DNA of 64,000 bases from a virus (IMGVR_UViG_3300009031_000221:192001-256000), one strand, 5' to 3'; counted from the first letter of the stretch, positions 18,948 to 28,887 are shown. The notes: generated by a model from the letters alone, not told the origin. Translations and numbers: made by a program.

Positions 18948-19021
18948 GCTGGGGTAGCCCAATTGGCAGAGGCAATAGGTTTAGGCCCTATACGGTGTGG
19001 GTTCGAATCCCATCTTCAGCA
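18948..19021 (+). tRNA. tRNA-Leu(TAG), short variable arm
   Basis: Loop UUUAGGC. Confidence 0.85.
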
Positions 19022-19033
19022 CTAGAACACTAT

Positions 19034-19110
19034 GCAAGCGTAGCCCAATTGGCAGGAGGCAACAGTTTCAAAAGCTGTGCAGTGTGGGTTCGAATCCCAT
19101 CGCTTGTACC
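19034..19110 (+). tRNA. tRNA-Leu(CAA), short variable arm
   Basis: Loop UUCAAAA. Confidence 0.85.
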
Positions 19111-19120
19111 GTAACTTAAT

Positions 19121-19204
19121 GCAATCGTGGCGGAACGGTCTACGCAGGGGTCTCAAAAACCCCCGGTCTAAAAAACCTTGTGAGTTCGAATCTCACCGAT
19201 TGCA
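19121..19204 (+). tRNA. tRNA-Leu(CAA), long variable arm
   Basis: Loop CUCAAAA. Confidence 0.9.
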
Positions 19205-19213
19205 CTTTCAATA

Positions 19214-19885
19214 GTGCGGCTATTAGCCCTACATGATATGGCTACTATTCCATCAAAAGAGCATTTAGCTAATCTATACCAGATCCTTTCGGATTCGGCA
19301 ATTGCCGAATCCTTTTCGGTAAGTCCTGCGACTGTTCTCCGTTGGCGGAGACATTACGGCATTCTATCTAAACCGAGAGGTCCAAGGGCGATTTCGGGGC
19401 AATTGAGTTTCCGGGATATATCAGACGAGGCAATCAAAGCAGCGATCCCAATGTGTTTCTCAGTGATGGAGGTATGCCGTAAAGTCGGTCTATGTGAAAC
19501 GGGACAAGGGCACACCAAAATGAAAGTGAAGATTTCCCATCTAGGGGTAGATACTTCACATTTTGGAACACAACACCCTCGTACATTAGGTCTGAAGGGA
19601 TACCAGCAATCCCTTCAGAGCCTATTAGTTGAAGGGTCTATTGCCCAGTCCAACAAGTTGAAACAGAGATTGCTGAAGGAGGGCATTCTGGCAGAAGAAT
19701 GTTCTCAATGTTATTGTTTGCCGGTATGGTTAGGCAAGCCCTTGACGTTGCAACTTGATCATATCAGTGGTGATTCTACGGATAATAGATTGGGTAATCT
19801 TCGTCTCCTTTGCCCCAATTGTCACTCGCAAACGGTAAACTATGCGGGTAGAAACAAATCTAGATCAGATAAGGCGCATCCATGA
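19214..19885 (+). CDS. Free-standing HNH endonuclease with N-terminal HTH
   Basis: CSQC..LQLDHISGDSTDNRLGNLRLLCPNCH. Confidence 0.9.
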   Translation: MRLLALHDMATIPSKEHLANLYQILSDSAIAESFSVSPATVLRWRRHYGILSKPRGPRAISGQLSFRDISDEAIKAAIPMCFSVMEVCRKVGLCETGQGHTKMKVKISHLGVDTSHFGTQHPRTLGLKGYQQSLQSLLVEGSIAQSNKLKQRLLKEGILAEECSQCYCLPVWLGKPLTLQLDHISGDSTDNRLGNLRLLCPNCHSQTVNYAGRNKSRSDKAHP

Positions 19886-20577
19886 ACCGAAATTTCCTTG
19901 TCCCAGAAATCAAGCAACACGCTAACCAAGACGAACAGAAGTTGGAACAACAACGGGTTGATGCCGTTGTGATTGCCATCGACCCTTGGTTCCGTGAACA
20001 GTCCGCATTGACGGCGCTTGACTACATGGAAGAAATGGGCATTGCCAACGTGGCAGCAGCCCCGGTCATGGTAGCCCGAACCGGAACGGCTCAAGGAGAA
20101 TTCCAGAAGCGGTTGGAAAGTCTGGCGGACATGAACTTTACTACCGTTACGGAATACCACGAATACCTTGACGAGATTGTGCATCGTCGAGAGAAGGGGT
20201 CAACCCTGATTCAGTGGGAATCGGAAAGCCTCGTCGGCTTCGTAGACCATGAGAAGGATTATCGTGTTGTGATTGCCATTCAGGATATTCGTCGCAGTCG
20301 TAGAGAAGCGAAGAATGACCCGCGTCTCATGGAAATCTACGAGAGTTTGGCCAAGCCCCTCCACCTGGAGGATGCTGCCGCAGTAATTGGTTCTAGCTGG
20401 TCTCCCGGCACTCGAGCATACATCCTTGGCCCCGCTGAGTACGGACTTCAGGCGGGATTCATCGATGACGATGTTGTGCAAACACCTCTTACGAATGATG
20501 TGTGGGACTCGGATTCGATTGTAGGTTCCTTCGCAAAGGAAGTGCCTGAGATTGGCGGGGAACGCCCCGTGAGATAG
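19882..20577 (+). CDS. Hypothetical protein
   Basis: 231-aa ORF, ATGA overlap with the HNH gene. Confidence 0.7.
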   Translation: MNRNFLVPEIKQHANQDEQKLEQQRVDAVVIAIDPWFREQSALTALDYMEEMGIANVAAAPVMVARTGTAQGEFQKRLESLADMNFTTVTEYHEYLDEIVHRREKGSTLIQWESESLVGFVDHEKDYRVVIAIQDIRRSRREAKNDPRLMEIYESLAKPLHLEDAAAVIGSSWSPGTRAYILGPAEYGLQAGFIDDDVVQTPLTNDVWDSDSIVGSFAKEVPEIGGERPVR

Positions 20578-20581
20578 CCAC

Positions 20582-20653
20582 GCCGTTGTAGTTCAGTGGC
20601 AGAACGCGACTTTCGTACAGTCGATGTCGGGGGTTCGATTCCCTCCTACGGCT
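20582..20653 (+). tRNA. tRNA-Thr(CGT)
   Basis: Loop UUCGUAC. Confidence 0.8.
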
Positions 20654-20726
20654 CTGTTGACAAAGCTCGTGTACCATGTGTACAAGGAGTTCCGGTGCCG
20701 TCCTTACAAGGGGCGGCACCAGCGTT

Positions 20727-20799
20727 GCCCGCATAGCTCAGTTGGAAGAGCACCTCATTTGTAACGAGGTGGTCGGGAGTTCGATTCTCTCTGTGGGCA
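20727..20799 (+). tRNA. tRNA-Thr(TGT)
   Basis: Loop UUUGUAA. Confidence 0.9.
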
Positions 20800-20811
20800 C
20801 TGTTTCTATAT

Positions 20812-20885
20812 GCTTCAGTATTTCAGTGGCAGAAGCCTTCCTTGGTAAGGAAGTGGTCGTGGGTTCGATCCCCACCTGAAGCTCC
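20812..20885 (+). tRNA. tRNA-Thr(GGT)
   Basis: Loop UUGGUAA. Confidence 0.85.
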
Positions 20886-20893
20886 GTTTCTAA

Positions 20894-20966
20894 GGCCTTG
20901 TCGTCTAACGGTTAGGACATAGCCCTCTCAAGGCTAGAACGCGGGGTTCAAATCCCCCCAAGGTCA
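20894..20966 (+). tRNA. tRNA-Glu(CTC)
   Basis: Loop CUCUCAA. Confidence 0.9.
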
Positions 20967-20986
20967 CTTAAACCCTAGAGGTAATC

Positions 20987-21532
20987 ATGTCCATTCTTGC
21001 AGTTGATGTGTCCTACCAAGAGGATGTTGCCCAAGTCGCGGGCGTCCTGATTGAAAAATGGGAAGACACTGCAATCATTCAATCACACGTATTCACGATG
21101 CCCTGTCCTGCCCCCTATGAACCTGGGGCATTCTACAAGCGGGAACTTCCATGCATTCTAGCTTTGTTGGATCGCATGAAGGCCCCAGGGGTGATTAATC
21201 CAGAAAAGCCCGACTTCATCATCATTGATGGCTATGTGGACTTGGGCAAAGACCATCCCGGTTTGGGAAGGCACCTAGTAAATGCCCTCGGGCATGCCAA
21301 TGTCATTGGGGTTGCCAAGACAGCATTCAAAGATGCTCCTCACAAGGAGTGCCTTCGTGGCAAGAGCAAGAATCCTCTGTACATTACATCTGCCGGGGTT
21401 AGCGTGCACTTGGCAGATGTAGCTATCCGACTCATGCACGGACCCTATCGCATCCCCACTATTCTCAAGGAAGTAGATAGGCTAAGCCGCAGCCCAATGG
21501 AAGTGGCCCGGACGGACGAGGGGCTGGTTTGA
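20987..21532 (+). CDS. nfi: Endonuclease V family protein
   Basis: AVDVSY, YEPGAFYKRELP, IIDGY, IGVAK motifs. Confidence 0.85.
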   Translation: MSILAVDVSYQEDVAQVAGVLIEKWEDTAIIQSHVFTMPCPAPYEPGAFYKRELPCILALLDRMKAPGVINPEKPDFIIIDGYVDLGKDHPGLGRHLVNALGHANVIGVAKTAFKDAPHKECLRGKSKNPLYITSAGVSVHLADVAIRLMHGPYRIPTILKEVDRLSRSPMEVARTDEGLV

Positions 21533-21587
21533 AAACTAGCATGATGCGATAAGCGTCACAAGGGTTCGATTCCCTTTGCTTCCGCCA
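21499..21587 (+). tRNA. tRNA-Ser(TGA)-like with irregular anticodon loop, overlapping the nfi 3' end
   Basis: GGAAG../CUUCC-G-CCA acceptor, long variable arm, T arm; 6-nt loop UUGAAA. Confidence 0.6.
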
Positions 21588-21607
21588 GATACAACGTATT
21601 CAGATGA

Positions 21608-22117
21608 TCAATGCTTTCGCAGCAATGGCACAATATGCTTACGGAGTTCTGGTTTAGCCGTAGCGAGGCGGATCAGGTTATGCCGCAGGCTAGACGCCAT
21701 GAAGTCCCGATTGCTAACACCATGATATTTACTAGGGTTCGACGAATATTCTGCGTTTTCCCGTAAATCTTCTAGCGCATCCTCAAATGCTTCATGGGCT
21801 TCGCGTTCACTGACGGCCTTTTGCATGGCTTCGCGAATTGCGGATTCTAGATCCTTCGTGAATTGCGGCGTGTCCTCTCCATTATCGAAGACCTCTTCGA
21901 CGGCATCCGATTCAGATTTAGCGGATGTCAGGTGTTTGGCTACCTTGTCTAGCATCCATTCTGTTGCATCAAATCCATGGAAGAAGACCCGCCAGCCCTC
22001 CCATCTAGAAGCTGTGTCGGTTTCCCTCTGGATCAAAGGAATGATGGCAGCCTTGAACTTTGGGTCGTGAGGCAAGGCACGTTCAAGGGCAACAATGGTG
22101 GGATCTGGCTGTGGCAT
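21608..22117 (-). CDS. Hypothetical protein, possibly late or virion
   Basis: 169 aa; C-terminal LRHNLIRLATAKPELRKHIVPLL motif. Confidence 0.7.
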   Translation of the reverse strand: MPQPDPTIVALERALPHDPKFKAAIIPLIQRETDTASRWEGWRVFFHGFDATEWMLDKVAKHLTSAKSESDAVEEVFDNGEDTPQFTKDLESAIREAMQKAVSEREAHEAFEDALEDLRENAEYSSNPSKYHGVSNRDFMASSLRHNLIRLATAKPELRKHIVPLLRKH

Positions 22118-22163
22118 GGTATTCCTCCAACGACAAGTGCCGATAGAAGGAATACCATAAGGG

Positions 22164-22607
22164 CTAGAGCAGCTTCAGTAGCCCCGTGATCTTATCGATG
22201 GATTCGGCTTCTGCGGGACCGATTGCCAAGGCAGTCCAAGTCGGGACGCCATGGAACTCTGTGAAGCCGCTGTCTTGGATAGCGGCACAGGGCAAGCCCG
22301 CGGCCAGGGCAATGTCTCGGAGGGCGAGGAATTCATCTTCCGATCCAATCCCAACGCAAATCTTGGTGAATGAACCGTCTAGCCATTGCTGCATGGCGGA
22401 TGACATACGCAGCATGAATGCCCGTTCCTCATCTTCCATGAGTTCGGCAGTCTGGCAAAACGTGTAGCCTTCCCATTTACGGTTGGCAAACCCGTAGCTC
22501 CCGGCATCCAACAGAACCTTCATGCTGGCATGTGCTGCCTGAGCGCACATCTTGCCCTTACGCATGTTGAGATCCGTGCGAAGTACGATGACCTGTTTTA
22601 CTGGCAT
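22164..22607 (-). CDS. pth2: Peptidyl-tRNA hydrolase, Pth2 family
   Basis: KQVIVLRTDLNMRKGKMCAQAAHA, DSGFTE, IGP motifs. Confidence 0.92.
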   Translation of the reverse strand: MPVKQVIVLRTDLNMRKGKMCAQAAHASMKVLLDAGSYGFANRKWEGYTFCQTAELMEDEERAFMLRMSSAMQQWLDGSFTKICVGIGSEDEFLALRDIALAAGLPCAAIQDSGFTEFHGVPTWTALAIGPAEAESIDKITGLLKLL

Positions 22608-22613
22608 GGTGTC

Positions 22614-22898
22614 CTAATCGTCGGTAGAGAACCGGTATGAATATTCAGAGGCTAGCTGAAATACTTCATCCCGTTCTTCTTTCGTCAGGTCTACTGATTC
22701 CCTCGTATCCACGCGAGTGGTTGCCAATGGAATCAGTATACCGGGGCTGGCCGCAGTCAGCTGAAAGCTATCAGGGTAACGGTATTCAAACGTTGCTTGA
22801 ATGGTTGGGGCGTCGGCTTCGAGGGATTCCCTCTCGAATTGCACTGACACAATGGTACGCTTGTCAGCTGAGCGTGAGTGGGTTGTATGTGATCGCAC
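22614..22898 (-). CDS. Hypothetical protein
   Basis: 94-aa ORF downstream of the promoter motif at 22923-22948. Confidence 0.55.
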   Translation of the reverse strand: MRSHTTHSRSADKRTIVSVQFERESLEADAPTIQATFEYRYPDSFQLTAASPGILIPLATTRVDTRESVDLTKEERDEVFQLASEYSYRFSTDD

Positions 22899-22932
22899 TG
22901 GTAGACTCCTGTATGATATCTATCTACGCATC

Positions 22933-23334
22933 CTATCGTTGAAGTAAGCCTGCGGTTTGTTCGCGTTGGATTGCATCTGGCCCCTGATTCAGATCGAGGC
23001 AAATCTGATCAATGGCTGCCAATACTTGATCTCGATTAGAACCCGTAGCGATGGAAAACGACAACCCTTTATAGTTGTTTGCCATAATCCGGTACAGCGG
23101 CCTATCATAGACATGGTACCTGTGCCTGCCTGTCCACTGGTAATCTTGCTTGCCCAGCCACATGATCAGGACGCTGACTATACCGGGCTTGGACATGAGG
23201 GACGCCGTCTTGGATACGTACCTATGAACATCCATCAAGCGCTTGACGCTATCATCATCATTGAAAACGAAGTTGAGGATATCGGACATATCGCGTGATT
23301 CCAATCGTTCCGTATTGTTCTTCCAAGTACTCAT
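22933..23334 (-). CDS. Hypothetical protein
   Basis: 133-aa ORF, ATGA overlap with the vWA gene. Confidence 0.65.
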   Translation of the reverse strand: MSTWKNNTERLESRDMSDILNFVFNDDDSVKRLMDVHRYVSKTASLMSKPGIVSVLIMWLGKQDYQWTGRHRYHVYDRPLYRIMANNYKGLSFSIATGSNRDQVLAAIDQICLDLNQGPDAIQREQTAGLLQR

Positions 23335-26117
23335 TTTGACGTGTCCTTTACGATCTTGCCTCGCTTGGTTGCCTGCATGTCTACGATCTCATTCATCTTC
23401 GCAAGGAGGAGTTTGGGGAAGTCTGCCATCGAAGCCGTCCAAACGGAATCGCTGAATGTGGTCTGTACGTACTGTGCCCCGTATCCAAGGCCAACGCCAA
23501 TGACGTTAATCCCTGCTTCCTTCGCCAAGCGGACTTGATACTTGATGACTTCCATGTGCCCCCAGTCCGGGCATCCATCGGTAACTACAAACAAGAACCT
23601 ATGCGCTTCCTTGCGAAATGACAGGGCATTGAGGGCATATTGAACCCCATCTGACATGGGGGTTCCACCAAGAGCTTTCGTGTTTGCAAAGCGCCACCGC
23701 ACGGCACGGAACTTCTCATTGAATCCCTTGAAGATGTCATAATCTACGGAGGCCGACCGGTGATATTGGTCTTCTTCTCCGGAAGGGATAGCAAACCCAT
23801 GTGCCCCATTGCGGAATCCCAGTGCCAGTGTCGGGCAGTTCATTGCGTCAAGAGGTTCAACCAGTGCTACCATGATGCGAGTGGCGTCCTTCCGCAGAGA
23901 AGACATTGACCCGGATTCATCAAGAACTACGGCACATGCCATGGTCATGTCAACGGTTTCCCCGCGACGATCAAATGCCCGCCTTGGCTTCATACCGCAT
24001 ACGAGGGCAGATTTCGTATCTACAAGGTATCGAGAAGATAGACGTTTGCCCTTCTCAACGCCCCGGGAGGTGCCCGTCATTTCAATGGAACGGATCATCG
24101 TACGCAACCGCGAGCGCAAGTATGCGATTTCCGCCTTGACAGACTTGATGATAATGTCCGCGGCGGTCTTGTCTCCTTCGATTCCTTTGGCTGATGGAGG
24201 GACTACAAGGGCCTGATCCATGGATGTATCATAGGGACGCCAAGGCGCCTCGCCTACTTCAACATCATCTTCTTTGTCCGTCGCCGCATTGACACCCTCC
24301 TCGAGGGCGGTTCCTGCATCCTTCAGCCCGGTTCCTTCCCCATTCTCTGCCTGTGCAAGCGCATCATCGGCAAGGCTAGACCAATCATTGTCTACCTCGC
24401 CGGAGGTATCCATATGCCCGCCTGCACTCTTGCCCCCGTAACCGTCCTTTAATTCATGCGAATCATCTTGGGCATTGGCGGGATCATGCCCTTCTGGATA
24501 TTCATTGTCGTCATGCCCGCCCCCATCTCCGCTAGGTCCGTCCCCGGTCGTGCCTTTCCCATCGGCGTCGGAACCGGATTCACCTTCACCCTTGCCTTCG
24601 CCTTCACCATCTTTGCCTTCACCCTCGCCTTCACCTTCGCCTTCCTTATCACCATCTTTGCCTTCGCCCTCGCCTTCGCCTTCGGATCCTTCAACACCTT
24701 CGGATCCTTCACCGGAACTGTCTTTGCCGGGGTCATTCCCTTTCGATTTATCGTCTCCGGGTTTGTCACCATTTTCATTGCCGGGTTCCTTCTTACCGGG
24801 TTCCTTCTTACCGGGTTCCTTCTTACCGGGTTCCTTCTTACCGGGTTCCTTCTTACCGGTGCCCGATCCTTCATCAGGATCGGATTTATCCGCTTTGGAC
24901 CCAGACCCGCCTTTGCCCTTGTCACCTTTGCCCTGTTGAGGTTCCGGATCGCTAGGGTCAAGATCATCATCATCAAATCCATCGATGTCAGGGACACCGG
25001 AATTATCAGGATCTTTGGAATCCGGTGGGGGTGGCTTGGGGGGTTGCTTCTTCTTGGGCTTCATGTCGATTTCTTCTTGCCAACCACATACGGTGCAAGT
25101 AACCGTGCCTTTTCCCTTGACTTGTCCCCCGTGACCATCGGAGACAGGACGTACCTTGAGTTTGGATCCGTCCGCCCCGCAAGCAGGACAAACGGTTTTC
25201 CCGTCCCCGGGGTCACCATCATCCCCTTGCTGTTCATCCTCGTTGCTATTGCTCAACTCCGCCAGTGTGGAAATAACATCCATGGCAAGGCGGAGGCATC
25301 CGGTATCGTCCGCAATAGTTAGGTCAATAGATTCATCCAGGAAAGGAGTCAACGGCCCATCTAGGACGATATTTACCGCCTTGAGGTTATCCTTACGGTA
25401 ACGCTCAATCGCAATCCGTTGCTTTTCGGTGTTGTAGCCCAGTCCGAAATCTCGGAAGGCTCCTGTTAGGACAGACAACGCTCCAGGCTTGCCGCCATGA
25501 CCACGAAGATTTGTTTGGGACTCCTCCTCCTGGAAGAGGATGTAATCCTGAAGGTCATGCATCTTGGTGTCAATGCCTTCATATTCCTCACGTCCTCGGC
25601 GTTCAATGCGGATGTCCTCAATGATGTTAGTCCATTCCAGCAATGCCTGGACGTACTTGGACCAGTCCTTGACCTTTGCCCATCGTGCAAGAATGTCTTT
25701 GGTCAGTTCATTCGGTTCCAGATTACGCTTGCACGAGTACTTCGTGTGCAATGCCTCATGGTATGCCCCGCCTACCAGTGCCATCGCTACTCGTTGCGGT
25801 AACACGTCCGGAGTGTTGGCGATGACAATCTCTCGGTCACGGGGGGCGATCTGTTTGGCGTTTGCCTGCACAATCCATTTGGAAACATCCACCTTAGTAG
25901 GTGTACATTTCGGATGTGCCTTGGCCCAGCTGCACATGATGTCAACAAGAAATCGGAGAGTCCAACGATCCTTATTGTAGAAGCGATGGCCTTTAGATAT
26001 AACGCGAGGCGATGCGGAACCCAGGATTCCCAAGACCGATGCCTTATGGGTAGCCCGGTAATTGGCACCCTTTTCTACGGGTGCAATGTCGCGGGTATCG
26101 CCGGGTTGAATGTGCAT
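23331..26117 (-). CDS. CobT-like vWA protein with HExxH motif, zinc ribbon and acidic linker; likely start near 26117-26120
   Basis: MIDAS VLDESGSMS, GGTP, VVTDG; YHEALH; CPACG..CTVCG. Confidence 0.8.
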   Translation of the reverse strand: MHIQPGDTRDIAPVEKGANYRATHKASVLGILGSASPRVISKGHRFYNKDRWTLRFLVDIMCSWAKAHPKCTPTKVDVSKWIVQANAKQIAPRDREIVIANTPDVLPQRVAMALVGGAYHEALHTKYSCKRNLEPNELTKDILARWAKVKDWSKYVQALLEWTNIIEDIRIERRGREEYEGIDTKMHDLQDYILFQEEESQTNLRGHGGKPGALSVLTGAFRDFGLGYNTEKQRIAIERYRKDNLKAVNIVLDGPLTPFLDESIDLTIADDTGCLRLAMDVISTLAELSNSNEDEQQGDDGDPGDGKTVCPACGADGSKLKVRPVSDGHGGQVKGKGTVTCTVCGWQEEIDMKPKKKQPPKPPPPDSKDPDNSGVPDIDGFDDDDLDPSDPEPQQGKGDKGKGGSGSKADKSDPDEGSGTGKKEPGKKEPGKKEPGKKEPGKKEPGNENGDKPGDDKSKGNDPGKDSSGEGSEGVEGSEGEGEGEGKDGDKEGEGEGEGEGKDGEGEGKGEGESGSDADGKGTTGDGPSGDGGGHDDNEYPEGHDPANAQDDSHELKDGYGGKSAGGHMDTSGEVDNDWSSLADDALAQAENGEGTGLKDAGTALEEGVNAATDKEDDVEVGEAPWRPYDTSMDQALVVPPSAKGIEGDKTAADIIIKSVKAEIAYLRSRLRTMIRSIEMTGTSRGVEKGKRLSSRYLVDTKSALVCGMKPRRAFDRRGETVDMTMACAVVLDESGSMSSLRKDATRIMVALVEPLDAMNCPTLALGFRNGAHGFAIPSGEEDQYHRSASVDYDIFKGFNEKFRAVRWRFANTKALGGTPMSDGVQYALNALSFRKEAHRFLFVVTDGCPDWGHMEVIKYQVRLAKEAGINVIGVGLGYGAQYVQTTFSDSVWTASMADFPKLLLAKMNEIVDMQATKRGKIVKDTSK
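24781..24855. repeat. Five perfect 15-bp tandem repeats encoding (KKEPG)5
   Basis: CCGGGTTCCTTCTTA x5. Confidence 0.95.
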
Positions 26118-26138
26118 TACATAGGCCTCCAGGATGTA

Positions 26139-26205
26139 TCTACGCATCCTGTCCTGAAAGTAAGCGGGAACGGGTAGGACTTACTTTCAGTCAAGGGTGC
26201 GTAGA
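26139..26205. promoter_or_regulatory. Back-to-back pair of the phage promoter motif (26139-26164 minus; 26180-26205 plus)
   Basis: Both match CTTACTT-N12-GCGTAGA and face away from each other. Confidence 0.75.
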
Positions 26206-26231
26206 TAGGACAGCAAGCAAGCGGAGGCTAC

Positions 26232-27470
26232 GTGAGTGCAACGAATCCAAATAGTATCCCATGTCGTGAGTGCGGGATAGAGGTACTTGATTACCTCCCC
26301 AATCACTTGACAGAGCAACATGGGATTTCCACGGAGGTTTATACCGTTAGGTATCCTGGGGCTGTGACGATCTCCCAGCGTTTGCTGGATCGATTTGCGG
26401 CCCTCAAGGTTCCTCGTCGGGAAACCCCGAGGCATCCCAAAGACCTGACGATTCCTTTCGCTAACATCATATTCCCCGTCAACCCGGATGTTGAAGAGGA
26501 AGCTTGCCTCCCTTTGCCTGACCAGTACCGAATCCCGAAGCACGGATCTCTAGGGGAAGATGTGCAGCACGTTGCCATTGCCCTCAAGCACCGTCGGTCG
26601 ATTTATGTATGGGGCATGCCCGGTACCGGTAAGGACGCACTGTTTCACGCATGGTCAAGTCTGACTCGCACCCCGGCAATCATCCGTCAAGTCCAGCCCG
26701 GAACCGATATTGAATCATGGTTTTTCAGCCGTGGGTTCAATACCAACGGCACCGTATGGGAGGAAGGCGAAGTACTCAAGGCATTGAGGGATGGCTATCT
26801 TGCATCCCAGTATTCGGATCATATCCGTGTCAACCGGCGGATTCCTTACATGCTATTGCTGACGGACTTTGATCGTGCCGAACGGGATCAAGCTGAACAT
26901 CTCCGGTTGGTTGGGGACAGTATTCAGGGACGTGTTCCTGGTCCCGCTGGCAAAGTGTACAAGGTATTCGGTGGAACCATCATCGCCGCAACGGGAAATA
27001 CCGCCGGCGGGGGCGATGAACGGGGACGCATGATCTCCGCGAACCCTCTGGACGCATCCCTGTTGGAACGCTTTCAACGGAAAATCCAATTCCACTACAT
27101 GAGTTGGGAGGATGAAGGCCCCGTTGTTCGTGCCAAGTTCGGCCCATTGTTCCAACGGTTTCCTACAGCGGAACACAAATGCCGCGAAGTTACCAAGGCT
27201 TTGCGTGATGCTGTCGTGAATGATGATATTCATGGCGAATTCAGCCATCGTGCTTTGTGTAACATCTTGAGCCATGCCTCGGATATCGTAGAAGAGAACC
27301 AGGGCAAGGCTTTGCCGAAGAATCTTTTGGGGGTTGCATCCCGCGTTTGGATGGATGGTCTTCCCGATGAGGATAACCGTTTGGCGGCAAAGCGTCTTAT
27401 TGATCCTCACTTTGCATCTTTGGATGACGCTACCCCAGCAGGTATCAAGCCCACAGGACTTCGCAAATGA
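26232..27470 (+). CDS. CobS/MoxR-like AAA+ ATPase with N-terminal zinc finger
   Basis: Walker A GMPGTGKD, LLLTDFDRA, AATGNT, LLERF; CREC..HLTEQH. Confidence 0.8.
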   Translation: MSATNPNSIPCRECGIEVLDYLPNHLTEQHGISTEVYTVRYPGAVTISQRLLDRFAALKVPRRETPRHPKDLTIPFANIIFPVNPDVEEEACLPLPDQYRIPKHGSLGEDVQHVAIALKHRRSIYVWGMPGTGKDALFHAWSSLTRTPAIIRQVQPGTDIESWFFSRGFNTNGTVWEEGEVLKALRDGYLASQYSDHIRVNRRIPYMLLLTDFDRAERDQAEHLRLVGDSIQGRVPGPAGKVYKVFGGTIIAATGNTAGGGDERGRMISANPLDASLLERFQRKIQFHYMSWEDEGPVVRAKFGPLFQRFPTAEHKCREVTKALRDAVVNDDIHGEFSHRALCNILSHASDIVEENQGKALPKNLLGVASRVWMDGLPDEDNRLAAKRLIDPHFASLDDATPAGIKPTGLRK

Positions 27471-28381
27471 CAATGACAACCCCTCCAAATTTGACGGCAA
27501 AGGACTTCCGCACTCCACTTCTCAAGGTGCTCGGAATCCTATCGAACTTCAAGGAGTCCGTTGAGGTTCCTTTGGATAGTACGTACGACCCCATCTTCAC
27601 CATGATGGGCATTGCACGTACTGAACATCTGGAGAAGCGAATCCAATGGGCTTTCAATGAAATGAAAGGCTCAGGGCTTGCGGTAGGTAGGCGTGCCAAG
27701 TGGGCTCTCACACAGCAGGGTGTAGACGCTGCACAAGGCCTTGTAGCCGCTTCCACGCCAATTACCGTCCCCATGCCTGCCGATCCTACATCAGACGATT
27801 CTACGGGCAATCCTGTGGCGTCTGTCGGGTATCACCCAGACCCTTACATTCGGCACTTGGCGTTGAATGACCATCCGTGCCTTGGATTCTTCACGTCACA
27901 GAGCCCCATTTGCTCGACTTGTCTTGCCCGTTTGGAATGCATGAATGCCATGGCTGCCAAGCTTGCGGGATTGGCTTTGGAGATTGTTCAGGAAGAGGCT
28001 ATTGCGGCGGAGAACGCAAGGCGTGCTGCTTTGCCTCCCCCTTCAATCGCTAGTGTCGTAGCAGGGTCTGTAGGCCCGGCGCCAGTACCGGGCTTTGCGG
28101 GAACGACGGTAGCATCCGCGGTAGCCAACGGCACGGCTAACGTTGGAACCAACGGTAATGTTGTGGTTGCGAAGACCCCTGCAAATATGATGGTCACGAA
28201 CAAGATTCCCGCCGGCGCCAAGATCATTCCGATGACTTGCCAAGCTCAGGCTTTGTGTGCAGGTTGCCGTGTCAACATCGACTTGGGGGCTGATGCCGTA
28301 TGGGTTCGGGGTACTGGTAACGGCGGCAAGTCCTCTGATATGTACCACAAACCATGCTATGAACAGGCGAGCCAGAACTAA
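27467..28381 (+). CDS. Protein with Mrr_N-like winged helix and Cys-rich domains
   Basis: N-terminus LTAKDFRTPLLKVL..KWALTQQG parallels 2060-3196. Confidence 0.6.
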   Translation: MTMTTPPNLTAKDFRTPLLKVLGILSNFKESVEVPLDSTYDPIFTMMGIARTEHLEKRIQWAFNEMKGSGLAVGRRAKWALTQQGVDAAQGLVAASTPITVPMPADPTSDDSTGNPVASVGYHPDPYIRHLALNDHPCLGFFTSQSPICSTCLARLECMNAMAAKLAGLALEIVQEEAIAAENARRAALPPPSIASVVAGSVGPAPVPGFAGTTVASAVANGTANVGTNGNVVVAKTPANMMVTNKIPAGAKIIPMTCQAQALCAGCRVNIDLGADAVWVRGTGNGGKSSDMYHKPCYEQASQN

Positions 28382-28382
28382 C

Positions 28383-28877
28383 ATGAAAGTACCTGCAACA
28401 CATGCCGAAACAATTCGGCAAGCCATCCAATCCATGGGGAACATGGATCGGGAAGTCGCGAATGAGATCCCGAAGATGCCTAAGGAGGATCTTGTCATCC
28501 TTGGGCAACGGCTATGGTGGCTCATCAAACGGGCGACTCGTACCCTCGATCCTATCAAGGCACGCTTCCGCGAATTGGCAATTCAACAGGCATCGGGTGT
28601 CGCAGGCAACCAACGATTTGAAGCTACGGATGGATCTCACTGTATCGTGGTTATTCAGAACGTAACTCCAGTAGTTCGCAAGGATTCCGATATGGCTAAG
28701 TTGCGGGCGTCAATTGGGGATGTCCTGTTCGATCAATGCTTTGATACCGTCACTGTGTATAAGCCCAAGAAGAATATTCAAGAACTGGTAGCAGGTATGC
28801 CGCCAGATAACGCCAATTCCATCATGTCCATCCTGGATATGGCTGATGGAACCCCAAAGGTAATGTTCAAGGACTGA
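28383..28877 (+). CDS. Hypothetical protein; likely start MKVPATH
   Basis: Starts 1 nt after the upstream stop. Confidence 0.7.
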   Translation: MKVPATHAETIRQAIQSMGNMDREVANEIPKMPKEDLVILGQRLWWLIKRATRTLDPIKARFRELAIQQASGVAGNQRFEATDGSHCIVVIQNVTPVVRKDSDMAKLRASIGDVLFDQCFDTVTVYKPKKNIQELVAGMPPDNANSIMSILDMADGTPKVMFKD

Positions 28878-28887
28878 GGAGGTCATC

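Noticed and set aside
23331-27470. Cobalamin biosynthesis function for the CobS/CobT-like pair
   Set aside because: No CobN or other cob genes are present; the family is broadly chaperone-like in phages.
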